Source: an uncultured Chloroflexia bacterium (lineage in GTDB: Bacteria; Chloroflexota; Chloroflexia; Thermomicrobiales; UBA6265). From it: a stretch of 64,000 nucleotides of DNA. This document shows positions 50,671-60,806 of the stretch, piece after piece; the first letter of the stretch is position 1, and each line of letters opens with the position of its first letter. Below the pieces are notes generated by a model. It searched no databases. It saw only the letters and a program-made list of their open reading frames with translations, and was not told the DNA's origin. The translations under genes were made by a program, and so were the position numbers. The stretch covers positions 1 through 64,000 of the forward strand of contig CAVRUC010000013.1 in NCBI GenBank assembly GCA_963724295.1, given 5' to 3'.

Positions 50671-51034
50671 GTCCGATGCCCTCTGGGTGCCGGATTCGTA
50701 TTGGACGGGGCTGGCAACAGCCCCTTTGCAGGACTCACGGAAGAGGGGCCGCGCATGCGGACGGCCGGTATAACCACTGACCTCCAGCAGAACGCGTGCC
50801 ATCTTTCTCCCTTGAGCAATTACGCGATGCGACCATCGCGCAGGTTCATCTGACACACAACGACCCGGGTGCGCGGCGAGGATGAACGCCACGCACCCGG
50901 GTCGATCTTTTCCCAGCAGACTAGGGATGGACTGCCGGGAAAAGCGATCACGGACGGACCCCGTACACAGGAGGACGCAACCAGGTTCTGAACAACCCGA
51001 CACCTGCGGGCCGGTCAAGGGGCTGCTTGACCGG
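50671..51034 (+). ncRNA. Putative structured 5' leader RNA
   Basis: Seven stem-loops between the promoter and the RBS of the NlpC/P60 gene; no known family recognised. Confidence 0.45.
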
Positions 51035-51054
51035 AGAAGTTGGAGGGAAGGGTC

Positions 51055-52728
51055 TTGACACTTCGCAGAACGATCGTGCGCAGACGCCTCGCAGCGCTGA
51101 TCGCATGTTGCTTGATCGCCACCATATTGCCGTTCTCCGCGGCCACCGCCGAGTACGGGATTCCGGCCGGTAGTGGCGCGGTGATCACCGCGGGCACGCC
51201 GCTGGCCGTTCGCACCGCACCCGGCTGGGACGCCGAAGTTTCCTACGAGATCGCCGATGGTTCCTATGTCACCGTCTGGGGTGTCGAACAGGCTGCCCCG
51301 GATGGAACCATGTGGTACCCGGTCGACGGCGGCTTTGTACCGGTCGATGCCGTCTCCAGCGTTGCTTCGCAGGACGACGAGTTCCAGCTCTTCCAGGATG
51401 CCGCTCCAGAGGCTACGGGAGAGGAATGGGTCGAGCCTGTCGCTCAGGGTTGGATCGATCCGGCAACAGGCGAATGGGTCGAGCCAGTAGCGACGACTGA
51501 AGAATGGGTTGAGCCGGTTGCCGAAGGTTGGGTCGATCCTGCCACCGGCCAATGGGTTGAGCCGGCGGCAACGACGGAGGAGTGGGTCGATCCCTCCCTT
51601 GATCAGAGCGCAACGCTCTATCAGGAAGCGGATGCGAATGCGCTAGCAACCGAGTGGGTAGATCCCGCCGCGGCTCCCGTTGCGGAAGCACCGGTGAGCG
51701 AAGGCTGGGTGGACCCGGCAACGGGCCAATGGGTTGAGCCGGCTCCTGTCGCAGAGGGGTGGGTGGACCCGGCTACCGGCCAATGGGTTGAACCTGCTCC
51801 GGCTGTTCAAGAGGGCTGGGTCGATCCGGTGACGGGGCAATGGGTCGAGGCCACACCCGCCGAAGGCGGTTGGGTCGATCCAGCCACGGGCCAATGGGTC
51901 GAGGCTGCCGCCACCGAAGTGTTGGCTCAAGAGGTTCCCGCTCAGGAGTTGGCGACTGAAGCCGCTCCCGCGGAAGTCTGGACCGAGTCTGCACCAGCTA
52001 CTACCAGCGGTCCCGAGCAGTGGGGCGAGCCGATCGGCACAGCCTACATCTCAGGCAGCGGTGGCGACGGTGCGGTCTGTCGCGCTGGCGCCGACCGGGG
52101 CACCGATCAGCTCGCGGTCCTCGGTGAAGGAGAGGCCGTCGAAGTCCGTGGCGAAGCGATCGGCGAATGGCAGCCGGTGAACTGCGCTGGTATTGGCGGC
52201 TATGTCAATGCATCCCTCATCGCGTGGGAGCCGAGCGTAGCAACTGCCGCTCCCGTCGAGCTCGCACAGCGGAACCGGGACAAAACTGGCGGTTGGAATG
52301 ACGGCGACGATGGCAACCAGGGCGCCGGTGCCGGCAACGATGGCACGGCGAGCTCCAGCGGGCAGGCGATCGCCAGCTTCGCCCAGCAGTTCGTGGGCTA
52401 CCCGTATGTCTATGCCGGAGAAGGGCCCGGCGGCTTTGACTGCTCCGGATTCACCAAGTACGTCATCCAACAGACGCTGGGCATCGATATCACCCACGAC
52501 ATGTTCACGCAGATTGGCATGGGTCAATCGGTAGGCATGAATGAGCTGCAGCCGGGCGACCTGGTCTTCTTTGCCAACACCTTCCGGCCGGGTCTGTCCC
52601 ACGCCGGCATCTACATCGGTGGCGGGCAGTTCGTTCACGCCGAGAATGAATCGACCGGGGTGAAGGTCAGCGACCTCAATTCTGATTACTACGGATCGCG
52701 CTGGGCTGGCGGTACGCGACTCGCGTAA
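51055..52728 (+). CDS. Secreted SH3/NlpC-P60 peptidoglycan endopeptidase with Trp-rich repeats
   Basis: Signal peptide; two SH3b-like segments; FDCSGF, SHAGIY, FVHA. Confidence 0.88.
   Translation: MTLRRTIVRRRLAALIACCLIATILPFSAATAEYGIPAGSGAVITAGTPLAVRTAPGWDAEVSYEIADGSYVTVWGVEQAAPDGTMWYPVDGGFVPVDAVSSVASQDDEFQLFQDAAPEATGEEWVEPVAQGWIDPATGEWVEPVATTEEWVEPVAEGWVDPATGQWVEPAATTEEWVDPSLDQSATLYQEADANALATEWVDPAAAPVAEAPVSEGWVDPATGQWVEPAPVAEGWVDPATGQWVEPAPAVQEGWVDPVTGQWVEATPAEGGWVDPATGQWVEAAATEVLAQEVPAQELATEAAPAEVWTESAPATTSGPEQWGEPIGTAYISGSGGDGAVCRAGADRGTDQLAVLGEGEAVEVRGEAIGEWQPVNCAGIGGYVNASLIAWEPSVATAAPVELAQRNRDKTGGWNDGDDGNQGAGAGNDGTASSSGQAIASFAQQFVGYPYVYAGEGPGGFDCSGFTKYVIQQTLGIDITHDMFTQIGMGQSVGMNELQPGDLVFFANTFRPGLSHAGIYIGGGQFVHAENESTGVKVSDLNSDYYGSRWAGGTRLA
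51421..51903 (+). repeat. Intragenic repeats encoding GW(V/I)DPxTG(Q/E)WVE
   Basis: Six full copies and several partial EWV(D/E)P units. Confidence 0.85.
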
Positions 52729-52809
52729 CGAGACAGACCCGCGCCAGCGGGATCCTCGGGGGACGAGGGCTGGTCCGGCGGAAACGCCGCCAGGGACCGG
52801 CAGGGGGAA

Positions 52810-52848
52810 GCGAGAGGGGCGCCGCGATTATCGCGGCGCCCCTCTCGC
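52810..52848. terminator. Perfect 18-bp hairpin between convergent genes (probable bidirectional terminator)
   Basis: GCGAGAGGGGCGCCGCGA-TTA-TCGCGGCGCCCCTCTCGC. Confidence 0.7.
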
Positions 52849-52865
52849 GTTACTCAGGCTAGCTG

Positions 52866-53954
52866 CTACGCCAGATCTTCGTCCGCGAAGCCGGTGCCGG
52901 CTGCCACCGGCACCTCCTCGGTAATCTCGGCGCTCTCACCGCCGTCAAACGCGAGCCGGCCGCTCAACTCAGGCGATCCCGCCTTGATCCGGGAGCGAAT
53001 CTCCTCCAGGATATCGGGGTTGTGCTTGAGAAACTCCTTGGTGTTCTCGCGACCCTGACCCAGGCGCTCCTCGTCGAGGTAGAACCACGCGCCACTCTTG
53101 CGCACGATTCCCAGATCGACCCCGACGTCGAGGACGCTGCCTTCGACCGAGATGCCCTGGTTGTACATGATGTCGAACTCGGCCTGCCGGAAGGGCGGCG
53201 CCACTTTGTTCTTGACGACCTTCACCCGCGCTCGAGACCCGATCGCGTCGGTGCCATTCTTGATCGTCTCGATGCGGCGGATGTCCATCCGCACCGAGGC
53301 GTAGAACTTCAGCGCGTTGCCGCCGGTGGTGGTTTCCGGGCTGCCAAACATCACGCCGATCTTCATCCGCAGCTGGTTGATGAAGATGACGCAGGTGTTG
53401 GAGCGGGCGATGGCCCCCGTTAGCTTCCGCAACGCCTGACTCATGAGGCGGGCCTGCAAGCCGACGTGGGAGTCACCCATGTCGCCCTCGATCTCGGCCT
53501 TGGGCACCAGGGCCGCGACCGAGTCGATCACGACGATGTCGAGCGCGCCGGAGCGGACGAGGGTCTCGGCAATCTCCAGCGCCTGCTCCCCGGTGTCCGG
53601 CTGCGAGATCAGCAGCTCCTCGAGGTTGACGCCCAGGCGTCCGGCGTAGACCGGGTCGAGGGCGTGCTCGGCGTCGATAATCGCCGCCAGCCCGCCCAGC
53701 TTCTGAGCCTCGGCGACGATGTGCAGCGCCAGCGTCGTTTTACCCGACGACTCCGGGCCGTAGATTTCGACGATCCGGCCACGCGGCACCCCACCGATCC
53801 CGAGCGCCAGATCGAGCGCGATGCTCCCCGTCGGGATGGCATCGATCTGCATCGGGTTGATCTCACCCGGCTTCATCTTCATGATCGAGCCCTTACCGAA
53901 CTGGCGCTCGATCTGAGCGATGGCTACGTCCACCGCGCGTTCCCGTTCTGTCAT
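52866..53954 (-). CDS. recA: Recombinase A
   Basis: [49 protein letters not shown]. Confidence 0.98.
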   Translation of the reverse strand: MTERERAVDVAIAQIERQFGKGSIMKMKPGEINPMQIDAIPTGSIALDLALGIGGVPRGRIVEIYGPESSGKTTLALHIVAEAQKLGGLAAIIDAEHALDPVYAGRLGVNLEELLISQPDTGEQALEIAETLVRSGALDIVVIDSVAALVPKAEIEGDMGDSHVGLQARLMSQALRKLTGAIARSNTCVIFINQLRMKIGVMFGSPETTTGGNALKFYASVRMDIRRIETIKNGTDAIGSRARVKVVKNKVAPPFRQAEFDIMYNQGISVEGSVLDVGVDLGIVRKSGAWFYLDEERLGQGRENTKEFLKHNPDILEEIRSRIKAGSPELSGRLAFDGGESAEITEEVPVAAGTGFADEDLA

Positions 53955-54030
53955 GGGTTTCATCCTCACTGAGCACCGGGAGCGCGAGCCCGGGCGTCTG
54001 CCAATCCCGAAATGGGAGCCGACCTCGGTA

Positions 54031-54087
54031 TAGAAAACTTGTTCTATTTCCTGCGGGAATAGTACCCCAGACCGGGCCCTGGGTCAA
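54031..54087 (-). promoter_or_regulatory. recA promoter with a LexA (GAAC-N4-GTTC type) SOS box
   Basis: TTGACC-17 bp-TACTAT at 54087-54059; TAGAACAAGTTTTCTA at 54046-54031. Confidence 0.75.
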
Positions 54088-54093
54088 TCCGTA

Positions 54094-54250
54094 GTTGGGG
54101 GTGTTAGGGTGATAAGGTGATGGGGTCATGGGGTCGGTTCTGGGGTACTTCAGTTGCTCGAGGCGAGGGTAGCATCGCCCGCACCACCGGCCATTGGAGA
54201 CCTGAAACCGTAACTCCCTAACACCCCATGACCCTGTGACCCTATGACCC
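54094..54250. repeat. Opposed degenerate 8-nt tandem repeat arrays
   Basis: GTTAGGGT GATAAGGT GATGGGGT CATGGGGT facing CCCTAACA CCCCATGA CCCTGTGA CCCTATGA. Confidence 0.65.
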
Positions 54251-54264
54251 TTGGAGACGTAAAC

Positions 54265-55320
54265 GTGACACGTGTGACGATCCTCGGCGCGGGCGACATG
54301 GGGACCGCGCTGCTGACCCCACTCCATGCCGGCAACCATGAGCTACGCCTGTGGGGCACCGACCATGACACGGCTATCATCGAGACGCTCAATCGCGGTG
54401 ACCCGCACCCGCGGCTCGGCACCCACCCACCGCCGGGCGTCTCCACATTCCGCGATGCCGAAATCGGGGCTGCGCTCGACAAGACCGAGATCGTCGTCGT
54501 GGCCATCACCTCCAACGCGATCCGCCCGGTAATCGGTCGCATCGCGGATGTCCTCGGTCAGCCAGGGGCCGTCGTCGTTGTCGGCAAAGGGTTCGACTCC
54601 GGACCTAACGGCAATGAGATCCTGCTTCTGCCACACGTGCTGGGGGAGTTCACCCCGGCCCCGATCGTCGCTGTCGGCGGCCCGTCGATCGCCAAAGAGG
54701 TCGCCCTCGGCACACCAACGGCGGCGATTTTCGGCGGCAGCGATCCGGTTGCTCTGGCCTTCGCCCAGCAGGTGTTCGGCACGCCCGTCTACTCGATCGA
54801 GACCACCGATGACGTCGCCGGACTCGAGGTGGCGGCGGCAATGAAGAACGCCTATGGGGTCGCCATCGGCATCGCCGATGGCATCGAGAAGCGCACCGGA
54901 TTGCCCCACGCCAACATGCGCGCTGCTCTTTTTCCGCACGCGGTGAGGGAGATGAGCCTGCTCGCGGAATCGCTTGGCGGGCGGCGTGAGACAGTCGCCG
55001 GTCTCTCCGGAGCGGGTGACCTTCAGGTGACGGTCACCGCCGGCCGCAATCGCCTGCTGGGCGAGCGCATCGGCATGGGTTTGAGCGGCGCCGAGGCATT
55101 CCAGGAGCTCACCGCCGCCGGCACCACCACCGAGGGCTACCTGGCCGCTGCCTACGGCTTTCGCCTGGCCCAACAGGCGATTCCCCCGGGAGAGCCGGTG
55201 AGCAGTTCGTTTCCGCTTCTTGATGCGCTGTACCGCGTACTGTACGAAGGTGCGCCGGCCGCTGAGGCACTGTGGGAGGCCGTGCGCGGCGCCCACAACC
55301 CAAGATCCCTCCCGAAATGA
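54265..55320 (+). CDS. gpsA: NAD(P)H-dependent glycerol-3-phosphate dehydrogenase family protein
   Basis: ILGAGDMGTAL, KG, GGPSIAKEV, MKNAYG, GAGDL...GRN. Confidence 0.75.
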   Translation: MTRVTILGAGDMGTALLTPLHAGNHELRLWGTDHDTAIIETLNRGDPHPRLGTHPPPGVSTFRDAEIGAALDKTEIVVVAITSNAIRPVIGRIADVLGQPGAVVVVGKGFDSGPNGNEILLLPHVLGEFTPAPIVAVGGPSIAKEVALGTPTAAIFGGSDPVALAFAQQVFGTPVYSIETTDDVAGLEVAAAMKNAYGVAIGIADGIEKRTGLPHANMRAALFPHAVREMSLLAESLGGRRETVAGLSGAGDLQVTVTAGRNRLLGERIGMGLSGAEAFQELTAAGTTTEGYLAAAYGFRLAQQAIPPGEPVSSSFPLLDALYRVLYEGAPAAEALWEAVRGAHNPRSLPK

Positions 55321-56141
55321 GTGAGCCCGAGGAACACGGTGATCCCAGCTCGACGTGGCACGCGGTGTCCCGGCCCGGCGCAACCGTTCACTATCTCGAT
55401 TCCGGCGGGAGAGGACGGCCGGTAATCTTGCTGCATGGACTCGCCGGGCATGCGGGAGAATGGCTCGCCACGATGCGGCACCTGTTCCCACGCTTCCGCA
55501 CGGTGGCCGTCGACCAGCGCGGGCACGGTCGCAGCAGCCGTACGCCAGATGATCTATCGCGTGATGCCTTCGCCGACGACGTGGCCGCGGTTTTCGACGC
55601 TGCGCCATTTGAGCATCCAGTCGTGCTCATCGGGCAGTCGATGGGCGCGCACACCGCCTTTCTCACCGCCGCGCGCCATCCACATCTGGTGAGTCACCTG
55701 GTGATGATCGAGGGGGATATCGGCGGTAGCGATGGCGGGGAGCTTGCGGCGCTGCGCAATGCCCTATCCTCGTGGCCAATCCCCTTTCCGACTTACGACA
55801 GCGCGGTGCGGTTCTTCGGTGGTGACAACGAGCGTGGGCGTGCCTGGGCCGATGGCTTCCAGCAGCGGGCGGACGGCCTCTGGCCTCGGTGGGATCTCGA
55901 GGTCATGATCCGAACGATGGCGCCGGTCTTCGCGCGAGAATACTGGCAGGAATGGGAATCACTGCCGCAGCCAACACTGCTCGTCCTCGGCCAAACCGGG
56001 AGCATTGACCCTATGCGGGTTGACCGAATGCTGCGGGTGCACCCGGCGACGAGACGCGTAACGATCGAGCACGCCGGGCATGACCTCCATTTGGAACAGC
56101 CACGAGCCTGGTTTCACGCGCTGGATGAGTTCCTGCGGTAG
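55317..56141 (+). CDS. Alpha/beta hydrolase
   Basis: LLHG, DQRGHG, GQSMG, AGHDLH. Confidence 0.88.
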   Translation: MSEPEEHGDPSSTWHAVSRPGATVHYLDSGGRGRPVILLHGLAGHAGEWLATMRHLFPRFRTVAVDQRGHGRSSRTPDDLSRDAFADDVAAVFDAAPFEHPVVLIGQSMGAHTAFLTAARHPHLVSHLVMIEGDIGGSDGGELAALRNALSSWPIPFPTYDSAVRFFGGDNERGRAWADGFQQRADGLWPRWDLEVMIRTMAPVFAREYWQEWESLPQPTLLVLGQTGSIDPMRVDRMLRVHPATRRVTIEHAGHDLHLEQPRAWFHALDEFLR

Positions 56142-56165
56142 CTTGTCCAGTCGGGTTGCCCATTG

Positions 56166-57401
56166 TCAGGTAGTGATTCGGTCCTGGTCCGGCGGCAGGA
56201 CGCCTTGCTGCCACTCCGGAATTCCCGACCACGGCTGAAGCGGCGACTCCGGAAGCTGCGGCAACACCTCGCCGTCGATCATGGTCAGCGTATTGATCAG
56301 CCGCTTGTGGCCCCGGCGGGGCCTCATGTGGACGTCGCGGAAGACGTATTCGCCATCTTCCAGCTGGAAGATCGCCACGTCGGCGACGCTCCCTGGTTTC
56401 AGGGTACCCAGGTCCGGCCGGCGCATCGCCGCCGCTGGACGCGAGGTCGCCCGCTCGATCACGTCCGGCAGGCTGAGGCCGAGGTTGAGGAACTTCGACA
56501 GGGTCGTGGGAAGGTCGAACATCGGTCCCTGGATGGCCATCTGGTGGATGTCGGAGGAGATCACGTCCGGCATCACTCCAGCCTCGAGCATTGCCTCCGC
56601 TGTCTGGTAGGAGAACGACCCGGTTCCATGTCCGATATCGAGGATAAGCCCCCGCTCATGGAGATCGAGGACCGCCGGGTTGGGCACCCCCGCGTCATCG
56701 ACGATGCGCATGTCCCCCCCGGTAAAGCAGTGCGTCAGGATATCCCCTGGCCGCAGCAGGGCCGCGACCTCGTCGATCGAGGGCGGTCCGTAGCCGATGT
56801 GGGTCATCAGTGGCAGACCGACCCGATCGGCCAGCTCCCGTCCCAGCTCCAGCGCGCGGATACCGACGCCACGGGTGGTGTTCTTGTCGATACGCGCCTT
56901 GATACCCAGAATCAGATCCCGGTTGGCTTCGACGATGGTCTCCGCCAGATCGAGGTCGCAATAGTGGAGATTGGCGAACTCCCAGGTCGGCGCGATCAGC
57001 CCGATCGAGGAGAGATTCAACAGCGCGAAGATGCGCGTCCGGCTCGGCTCGGCGATGAAGCGGCGAAATCCGGGCCAGGAATAGGACCCTGATGAGCCGA
57101 CGTCGAGCCAGGTCGTCACCCCGGTGCGCGCCGCAACCGGATCGGCCTCGATGCCCCAGTAGGTCGCGCCCCAGTAGACGTGGGTGTGCAGGTCGACGAG
57201 TCCGGGAGTCACGATCGCGCCTGAGGCGTCGATCACCTGGCGCGCGGCGGTCCGGTCGAGGGTAGGCGCGACATCAACGACGCGACCGTCCCGGATCGCG
57301 ACGTCGAGCGACCCCTGCAGCCCGGCCCCTGGATCGACGACCTCACCACCGACGATGAGAGTGTCGTAACCCGTTGTTCCCCCAGTTTCAACCTGCGCCA
57401 C
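56166..57401 (-). CDS. Amidohydrolase/deacetylase family metallohydrolase (dihydroorotase-like)
   Basis: PGLVDLHTH, GIKAR, MTHIG, LTHCF, DIGHG, ISSD. Confidence 0.85.
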   Translation of the reverse strand: MAQVETGGTTGYDTLIVGGEVVDPGAGLQGSLDVAIRDGRVVDVAPTLDRTAARQVIDASGAIVTPGLVDLHTHVYWGATYWGIEADPVAARTGVTTWLDVGSSGSYSWPGFRRFIAEPSRTRIFALLNLSSIGLIAPTWEFANLHYCDLDLAETIVEANRDLILGIKARIDKNTTRGVGIRALELGRELADRVGLPLMTHIGYGPPSIDEVAALLRPGDILTHCFTGGDMRIVDDAGVPNPAVLDLHERGLILDIGHGTGSFSYQTAEAMLEAGVMPDVISSDIHQMAIQGPMFDLPTTLSKFLNLGLSLPDVIERATSRPAAAMRRPDLGTLKPGSVADVAIFQLEDGEYVFRDVHMRPRRGHKRLINTLTMIDGEVLPQLPESPLQPWSGIPEWQQGVLPPDQDRITT

Positions 57402-57591
57402 GCCCGCACTCCTCCCACACGCCGATTCCTGCTCGATCCCCAAATCGTATCAGTGCCCGCACGTCATGCGCTGAGCGGGAACCCGCGAGGTGCGATATGC
57501 TGCAACTCCGTTTCAACCGCACCCATTCATCTCCCGGAAACCGGTCCGGGCGGGTCCGGCGCGGTTGATCCCAGTGAAGGAGATGTGGAGC

Positions 57592-58510
57592 GTGGACCGA
57601 TCACAGCGCACGTTCACAAACCGGCGGCATTTGCTCCGAGGAGGCGCGGCGCTCTCCGGGGCGGCGGTTGTTGCGACGGGGCTTTCACCGCACACGGTCT
57701 TGGCGCAGGAGGCGGGGCCGAGCCGGCTGCAGCAGGTGCTCGACCGCGGCAAGCTCATCGTTGGCACCGGCGCGACCAATCCGCCGTGGCACTATGAAGA
57801 CGCCGACGGCCAGCTCATCGGTATGGATATCGACATGGCCAAGCTCTTCGCCCGTGGTCTCTTCCAGTTGACCGACGAACAACTAGCAAACCGCGAAGAG
57901 TGGTCGCAGCGGCTGGAGTTCGTTGTCGAGGCGCCAGACGCCCGCATCCCGAACCTCCTCTCCGACAAGATCGACATTGTCTGCCAGTTCATGACCGTCA
58001 ACCCGCTGCGGGCGCAGGAGGTGGAGTTCACCATCCCCTACTACCGCGAGGCGGTGACGCTGCTCTTCCCCGCCGACTCGCCATACACGGGAACGGCGGA
58101 CATCACGGGCCAGGGCGCTAGTATTTCTGCCCTAGAGAACCCGGATACGGTCGTCATGGTCCAGACCGGGGTGCCGGACGCCGAAGTGACGTCTTTCGAC
58201 ACGCCAGCCAATGCGGTCCTGGCGCTCGATTCCGGACGCGCTGAAGCGGCGGCCAGTCGACCTTTCCACGGCACAGTATCTGACTGTTCAGTCACCAGAA
58301 AAGTACAAAGTCGCCATCGACTCCTGGTGGCCTCAGACCTACGCGTTCGCGGTCAAGCCGGGCGATCAGCGCTGGCTGAACTGGGTCAACACGGCACTGC
58401 ACGAGCTTCTCGTCGGCGTGAATTACGCCTATTACCAGGCCGCGTTCCTCGAGCACTTCGGCGTCGAACTCGAGCCGCCGGCGGCCGGTTTCCCCGTCGA
58501 GTACAAGTAA
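57592..58510 (+). CDS. Polar amino acid ABC transporter substrate-binding protein, Tat-exported (frameshift near 58255)
   Basis: NRRHLL Tat motif; GKLIVG...PPW...GMDIDMAK, RIPNL, FTIPYY. Confidence 0.85.
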
Positions 58511-58602
58511 GTTCTCAATGGCGACCGGGGAATCTCAGCCCCGGTCGCCTGCACGTGCAGCGCATCTCGCTGTCCAAGCGCGGGCGCGCTCCGGATGCAA
58601 GT

Positions 58603-59296
58603 GTGTTCGGTCTCAATTGGGATACGCTCTGGCGGCATCGCGAAGAGTTCCTGAGAGGGCTTGCTCTCGGCTTGAAGCTGGCCCTGATCGGGCTCGCTCT
58701 TGCCTGCGTCATTGGGCTGCTGGTCGCTTTCGCCCGTACCTCCCGCCACCGCTGGCTACGACATTCCCGCCGCAGCCTACATCGAGTTCATTCGCAACAT
58801 TCCACTGCTTTTGATCTTCTTCTTTCTCTATTTCGGTGTTCCCATGTGGGCGTTTTCAGCGCTGCCCCGTGGTCTTGCCGATGTCTTGGTACTGGATGGC
58901 GAAAACACGGCTATCGTCGCGCTCGCCATCTACGGCGCGGCGTATCTGGCCGAGGTGTTCCGCGCCGGCATCCTGGGCGTCGGCCGCGCCTTTATCGAGG
59001 CCGGTCGTTCCCTTGGACTCAGCGGGCTCCAGATTGCTCGCTACGTCACCTTGCCGATCATGGTCCGCACGGTGCTTCCCTCGCTCGGCAACACATTCAT
59101 CTCGCTCTTCAAGGACACGTCCTTGGCCATGGCCATCGCCGTGCCGGAATTGACGTTCGTCACCCGCAAATTCGTGACGGACACGTTCCAGTTCATCCAG
59201 GCGTGGACCGTGGCAGGCGCCCTCTACCTTGTCACTACCTACGCGCTTGCCGCTTTGCTTCGATTTCTCGAGCGGCGGATTCGGTGGACCGTATGA
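58603..59296 (+). CDS. Amino acid ABC transporter permease (frameshift near 58760)
   Basis: YIEFIRNIPLL, AYLAEVFRAGI, EAGRSLG, FKDTSL. Confidence 0.85.
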
Positions 59297-59309
59297 GGGA
59301 GCCGGGACA

Positions 59310-59954
59310 ATGACGGCGGTGATCGAGGAGTTCCCCCTTCTCCTGCAGGGCGTGATCATCACATTGCAAATCTCCGTCCTCGTCATCGTTGCCGGATCGA
59401 TCGTCGGCATGTTCGTTGGTCTCGGGCTGCTCTACGGTCCGTTCTGGCTCCGATCGCTGCTACGCGGCTATGTCGACGTCGTGCGGGGGCTTCCGCTACT
59501 CATTACGATCTTCATCATTTTCTATGTACCGCCGGCGCTCGATATCGAGGTCAGCGGGTTCGCGGCGGTAACGATGGCTCTCAGCATCTTCGCCGGTGCG
59601 CACATCTCCGAGATCGTCCGCGGCGCAGTCTCGTCGGTGTCGCGGGGCCAGAATGACGCCGCGAAAGCACTCGGCCTCACCTTCTGGCCCCGCATCTGGA
59701 ATGTCATCCTGCCCCAGGCTTTGCCCGCGATCATCCCGCCATGGACGAACACGGCTATCGAGATGGTCAAGGGGAGCTCCCTCGCCTATCTGGTCAGCGT
59801 CAGCGAGCTGCTGTTTCAAACCTACAAGGTCGTGGGACGTACCGGCGCGGCAATGCAGCTGTATATCGCCGCTGCGCTCCTCTACTTTGCGATCAACTTC
59901 GCATTGTCGCGCGGTGGTCTGTGGCTCGAGCGCAGGATTCGCTACACCACATGA
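59310..59954 (+). CDS. Amino acid ABC transporter permease
   Basis: YVDVVRGLPLL, SEIVRGA, AAKALG, KGSSL. Confidence 0.9.
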   Translation: MTAVIEEFPLLLQGVIITLQISVLVIVAGSIVGMFVGLGLLYGPFWLRSLLRGYVDVVRGLPLLITIFIIFYVPPALDIEVSGFAAVTMALSIFAGAHISEIVRGAVSSVSRGQNDAAKALGLTFWPRIWNVILPQALPAIIPPWTNTAIEMVKGSSLAYLVSVSELLFQTYKVVGRTGAAMQLYIAAALLYFAINFALSRGGLWLERRIRYTT

Positions 59955-59978
59955 CATGTCTGTCGAGGGTCTTCCATC

Positions 59979-60806
59979 ATGACTGACGAACGTACTCAAC
60001 CAGAACAAGCTGCGTCGGCAGCGGTCTTGCGTAATGGGCATCCCATGGTCCGCATCGCGGATGTCCACAAGCGGTACGGCGACCTCGAGGTGCTCAAGGG
60101 AATCAATCTCGACGTGCAGTCGGGCGAAGTGGTCTGCATCATCGGCGCCAGCGGGTCGGGCAAGACCACGCTCCTGCGCTGCATCAACTTCCTGGAGACG
60201 TACGAGAGCGGCCGGATCTATGTCGACGACGAACTGGTCGGCTATCGGGAGCGCGACGGCCGCCTCATCCCGGCGCGCGAGAAGGACATTGCCCGCGTCC
60301 GGGCTGAGACGGCGATGGTCTTCCAGCAATTCAATCTCTTCCCGCACATGACGGCGCTGGCCAATGTCGCCTTCGGACCGATCAAAGTGCGCGGCGTTGG
60401 CAAAGACGAGGCCAATCGCAAGGCGCGGGAATTGCTGGCTCGCGTCGGGCTCAGCGACAAGGCCGACGTCTACCCGGCCCAGCTCTCCGGCGGGCAGCAG
60501 CAGCGGGTGGCGATCGCGCGTGCGCTGGCCATGGAACCGAAGGTGATGCTCTTTGACGAGGTCACTTCCGCGCTCGACCCGGAGCTCGTCGGTGAAGTGC
60601 TCGCGGTCATGGAGGACCTCGCCGCCAGCCACGGGGTCACGATGATCGTCGTCACCCACGAGATGATGTTCGCGCGCGAGGCGGCGGACCGCGTCGTCTT
60701 TATGGATGGCGGGGTCATCGTCGAAGAAGGCGCTCCCGAGGACGTCATCGGCAACCCGCGCAGCAATCGCTTGCGCGCCTTCCTGCGCCGATTCCACACG
60801 GCCTAG
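59979..60806 (+). CDS. Amino acid ABC transporter ATP-binding protein
   Basis: [28 protein letters not shown]. Confidence 0.93.
   Translation: MTDERTQPEQAASAAVLRNGHPMVRIADVHKRYGDLEVLKGINLDVQSGEVVCIIGASGSGKTTLLRCINFLETYESGRIYVDDELVGYRERDGRLIPAREKDIARVRAETAMVFQQFNLFPHMTALANVAFGPIKVRGVGKDEANRKARELLARVGLSDKADVYPAQLSGGQQQRVAIARALAMEPKVMLFDEVTSALDPELVGEVLAVMEDLAASHGVTMIVVTHEMMFAREAADRVVFMDGGVIVEEGAPEDVIGNPRSNRLRAFLRRFHTA

Noticed and set aside
50670..51050. c-di-AMP riboswitch, tmRNA, RNase P or SRP RNA
   Set aside because: The diagnostic conserved motifs were not found, so it is reported as an unclassified structured leader.
50882..51058. 58-codon upstream ORF whose stop overlaps the NlpC/P60 start
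   Set aside because: Poorly spaced RBS, atypical codon usage, and it runs through stable hairpins; probably chance.
51421..51903. CRISPR-like repeat array
   Set aside because: The repeats are in-frame, vary at silent positions, have irregular spacing, and there are no cas genes.
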